Below, in pieces: positions 1 to 9,118 of a DNA stretch of 48,664 bases. Below the pieces are notes generated by a model. It did not search any database, was not told where the DNA came from, and saw only the letters and a list, made by a program, of their open reading frames with translations. Source of the stretch: a virus (Duplodnaviria > Heunggongvirae > Uroviricota > Caudoviricetes). The position numbers and the translations under genes are program-made. The stretch lies in IMG/VR virus record IMGVR_UViG_3300029686_000225, one strand, 5' to 3'. How positions within the stretch are numbered: the stretch's first letter is position 1; each line of letters starts with the position of its first letter.

Positions 1-699
1 TTACTGCGAAAGTTTGTTGATGGAAAGGTAGCCGCCAAAGTTGCCGACGTTATTGCGAAACTTACAGCCACTCAGGCATTTGCTGCATTTATCTTTCGTG
101 ATATCGGACGTCGGCTGGTCATATTCATCCGCGACAGCCGGACCGCTATAACCGCACTCATCACCGCGATAGGTCCAGGTACAGGTGTTGGCCAGCATGA
201 TGCGCCCCGGAAAAACCGCACCATCCGTTTCCGTCGGCGTGGACAGTACAAAAGAAGCACTGACCGCACTCAGTTCGCTGCACTGCTCGATGCGCCAGCG
301 GCTGATCACCTCCTGCTCCGGGTCGGCGTCACTGTTTCCGTTGACGAAGTTCACCGCATCCAGAAAACGGGCGTAAACCTTACGCCGGACCACCGTTCCG
401 CCGACCAGACTCTGCAGATCTTCCGCCATCCCGGTGACCATGCCGTGCAGATTAGAGACTTTCAGCGTTGGCCTTGCACTGGCTCCTTTGCCGTTCATCT
501 CAAATCCACTTCCCTGAATGGGATAGGCCTGATACTGCCGCCCCTGCCAGGTGACTGGTTCACCTTTTTCGTTCTGCTCATTACAGAAGAAATAACGATC
601 TCCGCCGACCTCTGTCAGATCAATTTCCCAGAGCACGACCAGCGCGGATTGCTCCGTTTTAGTGCACTCATTGAGTGTTTCCTGCTGTATATCCTGCAT
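1..699 (-). CDS. phage minor tail protein L (lambda gpL-like)
   Basis: 232-aa ORF matching lambda gpL in length and sequence pattern (MQDI.QETLNEC...SINKLSQ); last gene of the tail block. Confidence 0.9.
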   Translation of the reverse strand: MQDIQQETLNECTKTEQSALVVLWEIDLTEVGGDRYFFCNEQNEKGEPVTWQGRQYQAYPIQGSGFEMNGKGASARPTLKVSNLHGMVTGMAEDLQSLVGGTVVRRKVYARFLDAVNFVNGNSDADPEQEVISRWRIEQCSELSAVSASFVLSTPTETDGAVFPGRIMLANTCTWTYRGDECGYSGPAVADEYDQPTSDITKDKCSKCLSGCKFRNNVGNFGGYLSINKLSQ

Positions 700-1055
700 C
701 AGTGAGTGACCTCTTCAAAGGTACAGTTAAAATCGGTATACATGGCATTATCCGAAATGCTCCACTCCCTGCAGACAACCCGGACAGTCCTGTTGTGTTT
801 TGGCGGACGCCACAAAAAAGCACGAATCCCGGCATGACGGGATAAAAAACTGTCCAGCGCGGCACGGGAGTATTCATCTGTGACACGAAATACCGGTTTA
901 AACGTTTTCAGATCCGCATTCAGACCACCAGCCCGTCGCTGTTCATATCCGTCACCAAACTTTACCGTAATAACTGATGGCTTTCGTGTCGTCTCCATCC
1001 CCTCACGGGGGATCCAGTTAAAAACTTCAGGCTCAGGCACTGTATAATCCTCCAT
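699..1055 (-). CDS. phage minor tail protein M (lambda gpM-like)
   Basis: VKFGDGYEQRRAGGLNADLKT motif matches lambda gpM VRFGDGYSQRAPAGLNANLKT; ATG at 1055 chosen, 998 and 1085 are alternatives. Confidence 0.7.
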   Translation of the reverse strand: MEDYTVPEPEVFNWIPREGMETTRKPSVITVKFGDGYEQRRAGGLNADLKTFKPVFRVTDEYSRAALDSFLSRHAGIRAFLWRPPKHNRTVRVVCREWSISDNAMYTDFNCTFEEVTH

Positions 1056-4000
1056 CCCGACGCGATGACTGCATAATTGACACAACCCTGCTGTCGATCA
1101 GATCCACCAGTCCCCTGGCTGAGCGCGTATCTATCTCGCCATTGCTCCCTTGATTCTGAATGCTGATGTGATACACGGGAGAATAAACAAATCCACCGCC
1201 ACCATTCACATTGCCAATGGCTCTGACCCCAAGAGAGCCGTCCGCTGCCCGTGTCAGTGGCATGATAGCTTCAGGCCCGGCCTCGCCCATCAGCCCGGCA
1301 CCTTTCGCAAAAGCAAAATACGTCGGTGTATCCACAATAGTGTTACTGTAAGCACTCAGATTTGCCGATGTGTAAACACCACCTTTTGCGTTTGCCACCG
1401 CCCCCGAAATCCATCCGCCGACCGTACCAAGCCACCCTCCGGCACCGGAGAGTGACTTCAGTCCGTTAACAATGGCCGCATTCATCAGAATTTTTGAAAC
1501 TTCCCGGAGAACTGAACTCCCCCAGTTCCTCCACTCCACAACATTCCCGGCCAGTGCATCGGAAATATTTGATACCAGCCCGTCCATCGTGGAAACGACA
1601 GCATCTGCCGCCTGTGAAGCATAATCGGTGGCACTGTCTGCCCAGTTGGTCAGTCCCTCCTGGAGTCCGGCATTCCAGTTATTACGTAAAGCATCGGCCT
1701 TTGCATAATAATCCTGCTGATCGCTGAGACGCTCTTCCAGATATTTTTTATTCAGTTCTTTCTCCTGTTTCCACAGGGCTTCTTCAATTTCTCCGGCCTG
1801 ATACTGTCTCAGCAGCTCGTTATTTTTCTGCTCAAACTCATGCCGGATACTCCACATTTCCTGGAGTCGTTCACGCATCCGTGAGCCTTCACCATATCCC
1901 AGCAACTGCGCGTCGTCAGATGCCCGGGCACTGGCATTACTGTCCGCCAGACTGCTTTCATACGCGGCAAACTGCTCACGAATCTTTTTCTGGTCGATGA
2001 GTGCTGCATTCTGCAAAAGCGTTTTTTTCTGCGCTTCTGACAGGGTTGATAATTCGCCCTGACTGACCTGATATTTCATCTTAGCCAGTTCAGTATTCTG
2101 CCCTGCCAGTGCTATCTGTTCTTTTTGCTGTTTAATCAGCCGTTTATAAATATCTTCTGTTTTTTCCGCTTCGGTCTTTTTATGCGCTTTGGGTTTATTT
2201 GCCTGGTTATTTCGCCAGGCATCCAGTGAGTTATTGATATAATTCTGTCTGGCTGTCTGATACACCTCCCCCACAAAGCCGAGATCATCCGCAGCATAGC
2301 CCAGTCGGGCACGCTCACGCGCTTCCCCCTTAAGGCGGGACAGAGCCAGTTCGCGCTTGCTGTTATTCAGTGCGGTCTGCTGTTTATCATCCAGAGTTGC
2401 CTGTGGTAGCCGTAACGGTACATTCACCAGCCCCTGTCGCTGCTGAAGTAATTCATTACCAAGCCCGAGAAGGCGATTAAACTCGGTATGCTGCCCATTC
2501 ATGATCAACAGGGACTGATACGCTTTATTTTGTTCCGCCGCCTGTTGACGGATCAACGCCACCCGTCGCTCCTCCAGCCCGGCAAGCACATCCTGAATGG
2601 ATTGCGCTTTGCCCTGCATTTGAGTGAGACGGGATTGTTCAACTGCCAGTTGATTTGTTGCTTCGGCAAGCCCTTTAAGGATGATTTCAGCACCCGAACC
2701 ACTCTGCGAACTTTCATCAAGCCAACGTTGATAATCAGCAATTTGATTTTTCAGTCCGCGAATTTTTCCTTCCTGTTCGCTAATCAGGCGATTTTGTTCC
2801 TCCAGTGCCTGCCGCGTCTTTTCCTCATTATCTGACGCTTCAGGAAGCGACATTGCCGACGTTTTCTGGCGAATTTCGTCGATTGTTGCGGCATACTGGC
2901 GTGCAGATTCTCTGGCCTGCTCCTGATTCTGATACATCGTGTACCAGGCCGCGGCCCCCAGCATGACAAGCCCCGGCACCCCACCAACCAGTCCCAGTGC
3001 TCCACTTAACAGACGACTTCCCACTGACGTGACAGTATTCAGCATTGTCTGTGCTGCTGTTCTGGCCGCAATATTACGGGTAAGTGATGCCTGGGCAGCA
3101 GCCAGTTTCGCTTCTGCGGCTGCCTGCCTTTCGGTACCGCGAGCAGCAACAACCGCCTGTTGCGCACGATAAACCGCCGCACGCGCCCTGGCTGTTGCTA
3201 TCTGTGTCCCCCGGAGCTGCGCTTCCGCAAGAGCCACTTCGTTTCTGGCTGCAGTAATTAATCCGGCAGTTGCAGATCCAGCAGAAGACGCCATATTGCC
3301 AAAATATCGGGCTACCCCGACGGCAACCAGAGCACCGGCAGCGGTTGCCACAGTGTCAATATTGCCTGCAATACCATTCAGCACACCGGAGAGCGTCTTC
3401 GTCACTCCGCTTGCCTCGTTCGCACCACCAACCCAGGCCATAAAGGCGTTTTCAACTTTGGTTGCAGAGGATGAAACCGTATCAGGCATTGCCGCATATT
3501 CATCACGTAATGCCCCAAGCTGACTAATCAGTGCAGGAACAACCTTATCGGCGGTCAACTTTCCGTTATCCGCCATGGCCTTCAGATCCTTACGGGCAAC
3601 CCCCATTCCCGCAGCCAGCGCACGAATAACACGATCGCCGTTCTCATTCACCGAGTTAAACTCTTCACCGCGCAGCACTCCCTGCGCCAGTGCCTGACTG
3701 AACTGCGTGATCACCGAACTGGCTTCTGCTGTACTGGCACCGGATAATTTCAGGCCCGTGGAGATCGCCTCGGTGACTTTCAGTACCTCCTCAGAACTGT
3801 AACCATACTCCCGCATGGAAGCTGCAGAACGGGCAAAAAGGCTGGCGTTATCAGAAAACGCCGTCCCCGTTCTCTGGCTGATCGCCATTAATTCACGCTG
3901 TGATGCCTGAAAATCATCACTGGACTGTGAGGCCTGCTTCAGACGGGCATTTACTGAATTCCACTCATCGGCGAGAGAAATAAGATGACCGGTAGCAAAA

Positions 4001-4239
4001 GCCCCGGCAAATGCCCCCGCCATATTCAGTGCCGAAGATTTAGCTGTATTTATCTGATCCGTCACTTCTGCCAGTGCACGCCGCATTTCACGGGATGCAG
4101 CAGCGGACTGCCGGCTTCCGTTCTGCATGGTACGGTAGTAATCCTGCCCCATACGCGAAGCCCGGGAGATCTCTGACTGGAATGACCGGGAATTTGCCGA
4201 GATTTTAATAATCAGTTCACGTAATGTCGCCACACTCAT
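1033..4239 (-). CDS. tail tape measure protein (lambda gpH-like)
   Basis: 1068-aa Ala/Gln-rich, coiled-coil-rich ORF between the G/GT chaperone and gpM; ATG at 4239 preceded by GGAG. Confidence 0.9.
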   Translation of the reverse strand: MSVATLRELIIKISANSRSFQSEISRASRMGQDYYRTMQNGSRQSAAASREMRRALAEVTDQINTAKSSALNMAGAFAGAFATGHLISLADEWNSVNARLKQASQSSDDFQASQRELMAISQRTGTAFSDNASLFARSAASMREYGYSSEEVLKVTEAISTGLKLSGASTAEASSVITQFSQALAQGVLRGEEFNSVNENGDRVIRALAAGMGVARKDLKAMADNGKLTADKVVPALISQLGALRDEYAAMPDTVSSSATKVENAFMAWVGGANEASGVTKTLSGVLNGIAGNIDTVATAAGALVAVGVARYFGNMASSAGSATAGLITAARNEVALAEAQLRGTQIATARARAAVYRAQQAVVAARGTERQAAAEAKLAAAQASLTRNIAARTAAQTMLNTVTSVGSRLLSGALGLVGGVPGLVMLGAAAWYTMYQNQEQARESARQYAATIDEIRQKTSAMSLPEASDNEEKTRQALEEQNRLISEQEGKIRGLKNQIADYQRWLDESSQSGSGAEIILKGLAEATNQLAVEQSRLTQMQGKAQSIQDVLAGLEERRVALIRQQAAEQNKAYQSLLIMNGQHTEFNRLLGLGNELLQQRQGLVNVPLRLPQATLDDKQQTALNNSKRELALSRLKGEARERARLGYAADDLGFVGEVYQTARQNYINNSLDAWRNNQANKPKAHKKTEAEKTEDIYKRLIKQQKEQIALAGQNTELAKMKYQVSQGELSTLSEAQKKTLLQNAALIDQKKIREQFAAYESSLADSNASARASDDAQLLGYGEGSRMRERLQEMWSIRHEFEQKNNELLRQYQAGEIEEALWKQEKELNKKYLEERLSDQQDYYAKADALRNNWNAGLQEGLTNWADSATDYASQAADAVVSTMDGLVSNISDALAGNVVEWRNWGSSVLREVSKILMNAAIVNGLKSLSGAGGWLGTVGGWISGAVANAKGGVYTSANLSAYSNTIVDTPTYFAFAKGAGLMGEAGPEAIMPLTRAADGSLGVRAIGNVNGGGGFVYSPVYHISIQNQGSNGEIDTRSARGLVDLIDSRVVSIMQSSRRDGGLYSA

Positions 4240-4279
4240 TCTCCGGACGAAAAAAAACCGCCGAAGCGGTTATGTTGAC

Positions 4280-4591
4280 TCACTGAGACACTATTAAAAG
4301 CGCGTTTTCCAGTCCGGCAAATGGATCTGATACGCCTTCTATCTGCTCCTTCTCCCACTGAAGAAGCGCATCATTCAGTGGCACTTTGACCCCCTGCGCA
4401 CCGTAAACAGCTGAAACAATCTGGGCAGCCCGGATATCAGCCCGTTCGTCTCCCAGCGGGCTGAACCTGTCAAATTCTGCCCACATCATGATTTCTGATG
4501 CGGACATTTCCCGGCGTAACTCTGACAATGTGCGCCCCATCCTGAGCGCCAGCATCATCAGAAAACGCATCCCCGGAAGCGCTACTTTTTT
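4280..4591 (-). CDS. tail assembly chaperone T-like extension, made as a -1 frameshift fusion with the upstream G ORF
   Basis: ORF in the -1 frame relative to G, starting inside the G 3' end; slippery A AAA AAG at 4585-4591 just before the G stop. Confidence 0.6.
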   Translation of the reverse strand, partial: KKVALPGMRFLMMLALRMGRTLSELRREMSASEIMMWAEFDRFSPLGDERADIRAAQIVSAVYGAQGVKVPLNDALLQWEKEQIEGVSDPFAGLENALLIVSQ

Positions 4592-4968
4592 TTAACCTCT
4601 CCGGCATCACTGATCAGTTCCAGAGACTGCCGAAGAAGCCGCGCATGCACCGGGCCATACACGGCAATCACCTGTTCACGATCATCCTCTGAAAATACAG
4701 GTTGCAGTCCGGTATCACACAGAACATCAATGAACAGTTCAACGTCCGCCTCCAGATTTCGGCGGGCACGCTCTGCAACAGATGGCGATGTATCATCTTC
4801 CCTGGCTTTAACGATCTCCTGCCAGCGCAACCAGGCTTCTGCAGAAGGTTCCCGTAATACAACCGTTGCTCCCTCCCATTCAGGCACATCAACGGTTTTA
4901 TGGCGAAACCCCGACATCGTTGCCAGTGCCAGATTACGGATATTTTTAGTCATCACATCCATCCTCAT
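4582..4968 (-). CDS. tail assembly chaperone (lambda gpG-like)
   Basis: 128-aa acidic ORF between major tail and tape measure genes ending ...GEVKKK*; start overlaps the major tail stop as TAATG. Confidence 0.75.
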   Translation of the reverse strand: MRMDVMTKNIRNLALATMSGFRHKTVDVPEWEGATVVLREPSAEAWLRWQEIVKAREDDTSPSVAERARRNLEADVELFIDVLCDTGLQPVFSEDDREQVIAVYGPVHARLLRQSLELISDAGEVKKK

Positions 4969-5672
4969 TAACTGACGGTTACAGTGCAGGAAGTGGAGGT
5001 CACTTTGTTAACCGGGCTTGCTGAATCAGAAATCTCGCAGGTATACGCACCGGCATCACCAGATGCTGCTGATGCCTTACTGAACGTTGCCGCCGTCTGT
5101 CCGGAAACAGGAGAACTACCTTTCTTCCAGACATAAGAATAAGGCGGCACACCACCGGCAGCCTCAACCACCATTTCGAGTTTCGCTCCGGCAGAAACCT
5201 GCAGCGTGCTGTTTAAATCGACCTTCACTTTCAGCGGCTCTGTCGTCAGCACAGGTTTACCTTTCAGGCGCAGGGAAAACGTTGCAGCCACAACACCATT
5301 GGTTCCTGCAGACCAGGTATGCTGACGCACCTCTGCCATAAAGGTAAATCCGTTTCCTGACGGAAAAATAACTTTAAAGCCATACGTGGTGTCATTGTCA
5401 TAGGCACTGCGCAACGCGTTCTGGGCAGCATTGAGGTAAAAGTTGCCTGACATGGAAATCTCTGACGCGGCACCAAGACCGTTAATATTTTCCTGCTCAA
5501 CAGAACACAGCGTGGTGACATCAATATCCTGCTTTTGTCCTGCGGTAAACTGCACCTCTTTGATTGTACAGCTCAGGCCAAGATAGCTGGCAGAATCCAG
5601 GGTTTCTGCTGTTACCGGTGCAGACGAAATCATAATTTTCGTCAGTTGCGAACGCTCAAAATTAGAGGACAT
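4968..5672 (-). CDS. major tail protein with C-terminal Ig-like domain
   Basis: Position upstream of G/GT and tape measure; ATG at 5672 preceded by AGGAG with 6-nt spacer; Ig-like C-terminus (GGVPPYSYVWKK...YTCEISD). Confidence 0.8.
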   Translation of the reverse strand: MSSNFERSQLTKIMISSAPVTAETLDSASYLGLSCTIKEVQFTAGQKQDIDVTTLCSVEQENINGLGAASEISMSGNFYLNAAQNALRSAYDNDTTYGFKVIFPSGNGFTFMAEVRQHTWSAGTNGVVAATFSLRLKGKPVLTTEPLKVKVDLNSTLQVSAGAKLEMVVEAAGGVPPYSYVWKKGSSPVSGQTAATFSKASAASGDAGAYTCEISDSASPVNKVTSTSCTVTVS

Positions 5673-5684
5673 ACTCGTCTCCTG

Positions 5685-5710
5685 AAAATAAAAAACCCGC
5701 CAGCGGCGGG
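5685..5710 (-). terminator. GC hairpin plus U-run immediately upstream of the major tail gene RBS (possible attenuator)
   Basis: Minus strand reads CCCGCCGCTGGCGGG then TTTTTTATTTT. Confidence 0.35.
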
Positions 5711-5731
5711 TGGGTAAAATCATTAACGACC

Positions 5732-6076
5732 TCAGGCTATTACCTGAAATTCAAGCGTGGCTCTGCTCAGACGGGAGTCAGGATCATACCCCTGCGTTTT
5801 AGAAATAACGGAGGGTGCCAGTTTCCTTACTGCATCAAGCGCCTGCTCACGAATATCATCTGCGTCATCAGGTACTGTTGCCCAGACATCGATCTGCACG
5901 ACAATTCTGGATTCAGCCTGACCATCAAGCACATCAGACGCCGTGTCAGACACCACAGAAAACACCAGCCACGGCGGAGATACCGCAGGCTTTCCCTCCG
6001 TCAGCGGGACCACATAAGGATATACCTGTCCTCCGGCCAGCTGAGACAGCAGGGAATACAGTGTGGCCTCCCTCAT
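5732..6076 (-). CDS. tail completion / tail terminator-like protein
   Basis: 114-aa ORF between neck genes and major tail gene; start overlaps upstream stop (ATGA). Confidence 0.55.
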   Translation of the reverse strand: MREATLYSLLSQLAGGQVYPYVVPLTEGKPAVSPPWLVFSVVSDTASDVLDGQAESRIVVQIDVWATVPDDADDIREQALDAVRKLAPSVISKTQGYDPDSRLSRATLEFQVIA

Positions 6077-6519
6077 TTACTTAAGACCTCATCAATAGCC
6101 TGATTCATTCGCTGTATGGCAACCTGCGCCGCCAGCTCCTCTGTCGTATCGAAAGCCGGGCGAATGAATGGATGCGCGGGCATGTTTATCGTTCCCAGCT
6201 CCACAAAGCGCCAGTAAAACGCATTTCGGGGATCGCTGGCTTTCATGCTGTTATCACTGTTTCCGGTTCGCAGGTTCCGTCCGCGAATGTGGACACCCGA
6301 GATAATTTCTCCCCGACGCTTTGAACGCTGCGTGAGAACAACCACATTTTTCTTCAGTTTCCCGGTTCGCTCCGGCGCACGTTCAACAACTGCATCCCGC
6401 ATAACTTCAGCACCGGCACGGGTGGCATCGCGCAGAACCTTATTGTTTTCTGCCCTGCTGAGCGTCTCCAGATCCCGTGCAATATCCGCCAGGCCGGAAA
6501 AATCAAGACTGAAATCCAT
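6073..6519 (-). CDS. HK97 gp10-family head-tail joining protein
   Basis: About 149 aa, basic, in the neck gene position; start overlaps upstream stop (TGATG). Confidence 0.6.
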   Translation of the reverse strand: MDFSLDFSGLADIARDLETLSRAENNKVLRDATRAGAEVMRDAVVERAPERTGKLKKNVVVLTQRSKRRGEIISGVHIRGRNLRTGNSDNSMKASDPRNAFYWRFVELGTINMPAHPFIRPAFDTTEELAAQVAIQRMNQAIDEVLSK

Positions 6520-6857
6520 CACACATTCCCCTTCAGGCTGCAGAGTATTTCAAGCCGGGTAGCGCGTGCATCCGGTATTGGTGGACCTTCTATACCCAGA
6601 ATGGCCCCTTTAAATGCACCGGTCAGCACTTTCAGACGTGAAGTCGCTGTCACATCGCGCCGGAATCTCATCCAGACTCTGACCGTAGCCTGAGCGGTTT
6701 CTGCTCCGCCTGAGATTATCTCCCTCCCGCTGATACCCTTAACTTCTGCCCATACGGTAGCTCCCTCCGTCACCGTCTCCACCGGATGCCCTGACGGAGA
6801 GCGGGCGGTGGTGACATTCAGAATAATTACGCGATCACGTAATCTGCCCGCCTGCAT
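6519..6857 (-). CDS. head closure / head-tail adaptor protein
   Basis: 112-aa ORF downstream of the gp6-like connector in HK97-like order. Confidence 0.6.
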   Translation of the reverse strand: MQAGRLRDRVIILNVTTARSPSGHPVETVTEGATVWAEVKGISGREIISGGAETAQATVRVWMRFRRDVTATSRLKVLTGAFKGAILGIEGPPIPDARATRLEILCSLKGNV

Positions 6858-6865
6858 GCTTCCTC

Positions 6866-7183
6866 CTACACAGGAATAAAACGATAAGGCTCCAGCAGAG
6901 AAGAAAAACCAAACGGGATTGGTGCCTTGCTGACATCTGAGGAATTTTCCCGGTTTTCGTACCAGTGCCCGACCAGCAACATAAGCGCCAGCAAAACATC
7001 ATCAGCTATAAGCACCCCTTCTGGATCCCCCTCCGGCACCGTCTCCTCATAAAGCTTACGGTTGATAAAATTTTCTGCCTTGCGGCAGGCAGCCCGGAAA
7101 TACAGCATCAGTAACTCATCATCAGTTGCATCATCTGTATCAATACGGCACTGCGCCCTGAGTTTTTCCACTATTGCTGCCAT
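6866..7183 (-). CDS. gp6-like head-tail connector protein
   Basis: ATG at 7183 with GGAG 7 nt upstream; acidic N-terminus with aromatic C-terminus typical of gp6-like connectors; directly follows the capsid gene. Confidence 0.6.
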   Translation of the reverse strand: MAAIVEKLRAQCRIDTDDATDDELLMLYFRAACRKAENFINRKLYEETVPEGDPEGVLIADDVLLALMLLVGHWYENRENSSDVSKAPIPFGFSSLLEPYRFIPV

Positions 7184-7227
7184 CAGAAACTCCTGCCCGC
7201 AACACTGTGCGGGCATAAAAAACTGCA

Positions 7228-8454
7228 TTACGCAGCGGCTTTCTGGCGGACCGCAGCGCCGATCTTCATCAGCTTAATCGCCTGAGAATCCACCAGCATA
7301 CCGCCGGTTCGTTTGGTGGTATAAAAGCCCACAAACGGTTTGTTTGTGTACGGATCGCGCAGGATACGGGTGCCGATACGATCAACGATGGTATAGCCGC
7401 GTTTGAAGTTACCAAACGCAATGGCTTTTGCATCGGCAGCAATATCCGGCATCTGCTCATTCTCAACGATGCCATACCCCGCCAGTGAAGAAGGCTGACC
7501 CAGCTCAATGCCCGGACGCCACAGATAATTTCCGTCGTTATCCTTCAGCAGGCGAATGGCAAACAGGCTGCTGTTATTCATCATGAACTTCGCGCCGCTA
7601 CGGTGCGCCTTGCGCAGGGTGTAAATCAGTTTAATGATCGCATCAGCGGTCACGCCAGAAGCCGAACCGGAAGCGATGTGCTGAAGTTTGCCAAACGCAC
7701 GGGTCTTGTCATCTTCATCGGTGGACTCATAAGCCAGAAAACCTTTTGGTTTTTTGCTGCCGTCGCCACTGGTAAAGGCAATTTCTTCCTGTTCGGCAAA
7801 TTCCAGCGCCAGTTCACTGTTGATCCAGTCTTCCACATTGAAAAAAGCATCATCGAGCATTTTCTGGGTAGCCTGCGGGTTGCCGTAGATTTCCCCCATA
7901 AAAGGTTCAATCAGCCCCAGTTTTGAGGTGGCGGTTTCCGGACGCGTATCCGTTTCCCCCACCCATCCGGACTTAGTGCCGCCCAGATTCACCAGTTTTT
8001 TATAATCCGAGCCACCGAGGGTGATCACAGTGGCTTCCTGGCGCATCACCACCTCATCTTTCAGCAGCGTCAGGATGGTACGATCCAGTTCTTCCGGAAT
8101 GGCATAACCACCATCTTCATCATTACCTACCTGAAGCGCCTTACGTTCAAGTTCACGCAGACCGTCTTCACGCCCCTTGCGCATAAATCCGATAAACGCT
8201 TCTTTGTGTTCACCGGCAACTTTATTTTGCGTGCCGCCTGCCGGACGCTTGATGTCTGCCAGCTCTTTTTCCAGGTCGCTTTTCAGGTTCTCCAGCTCGC
8301 TGATTTGCCCGTTCAGGCTTTCCACCTGTTCGGCCAGCTTGCTTTTTTCCTGTTCGATCGCGTCAATGCGCTTGTCGTTTTTTGCCTTAAAATCGTCAAA
8401 CTTCTGCTGCAAATCCTGCGCGACCTGTTCAACGTCTTTAATATCAACAGCCAT
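7228..8454 (-). CDS. major capsid protein, HK97 family
   Basis: 408 aa with N-terminal coiled-coil delta region and HK97-fold body; AGGAG RBS. Confidence 0.9.
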   Translation of the reverse strand: MAVDIKDVEQVAQDLQQKFDDFKAKNDKRIDAIEQEKSKLAEQVESLNGQISELENLKSDLEKELADIKRPAGGTQNKVAGEHKEAFIGFMRKGREDGLRELERKALQVGNDEDGGYAIPEELDRTILTLLKDEVVMRQEATVITLGGSDYKKLVNLGGTKSGWVGETDTRPETATSKLGLIEPFMGEIYGNPQATQKMLDDAFFNVEDWINSELALEFAEQEEIAFTSGDGSKKPKGFLAYESTDEDDKTRAFGKLQHIASGSASGVTADAIIKLIYTLRKAHRSGAKFMMNNSSLFAIRLLKDNDGNYLWRPGIELGQPSSLAGYGIVENEQMPDIAADAKAIAFGNFKRGYTIVDRIGTRILRDPYTNKPFVGFYTTKRTGGMLVDSQAIKLMKIGAAVRQKAAA

Positions 8455-8467
8455 TATTTACTCCTGG

Positions 8468-9118
8468 TTAAAATTTAAGATTTTTCAGTGCATTCAGTGC
8501 GGCATCCACATCCTCAGCATCACGCAGGGATAAAGCGCCGTATCCCCCGGCCATGAATGCTTTGGCCTGGGTTCGCGAAAGTCCAACATCGCGCAGGACC
8601 CGCTCAATGATTTTCTGATCAGGGATCTCCCCACGCGCCAGCGCATTTTTCACATCGCTGATGCGAGCCTCATCATTGGAAGGAAACGTCACCAGACTGA
8701 CCTCCCACAGGTCGATCTCTTTCAGCAGGAATACCCCTTTTTCACGGTCGTACTCCCAGTCTTTCAGGATGTAGCCAATAGAAAGGCCGGTTAAAGAACC
8801 GGCCTTCATATGGGCATGTGCACGTTTTGCCAGGGGATCATCATCAATGAGTAATCGTCCCCTGACATAAAGCCCGACATCATCTTCTTTCATTTCGGTG
8901 TACACACCGATGGGCTCATCTATGCGGTGCTGCCAGAGCAACGCAGGCAGCGCCTTTTTTTCGCTCCATTTCTGGAGTGTTGTGGTAAAGGCTCCGGGGA
9001 CCACCACATCATCGTGGCTGTCCTTAACACCAAAAACAGAACCGTAACCTTCAAATTCCCCGGAATCACTGACGGATTTCAGGTTCAGCGGTATATCAAG
9101 ACGCTGTTTTGTCTGCAT
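8468..9118 (-). CDS. prohead protease, HK97 family
   Basis: Between portal and capsid genes; ATG at 9118 with AGGAG 7 nt upstream. Confidence 0.85.
   Translation of the reverse strand: MQTKQRLDIPLNLKSVSDSGEFEGYGSVFGVKDSHDDVVVPGAFTTTLQKWSEKKALPALLWQHRIDEPIGVYTEMKEDDVGLYVRGRLLIDDDPLAKRAHAHMKAGSLTGLSIGYILKDWEYDREKGVFLLKEIDLWEVSLVTFPSNDEARISDVKNALARGEIPDQKIIERVLRDVGLSRTQAKAFMAGGYGALSLRDAEDVDAALNALKNLKF

Noticed and set aside
2488-2835. Plus-strand ORFs inside the tape measure gene, and similar antisense ORFs within capsid, portal, primase and terminase genes (for example 8177-8533, 9840-10256, 20789-21406, 13401-13898)
   Set aside because: They lie antisense to or out of frame with long recognisable genes, lack RBSs and have low-complexity translations.
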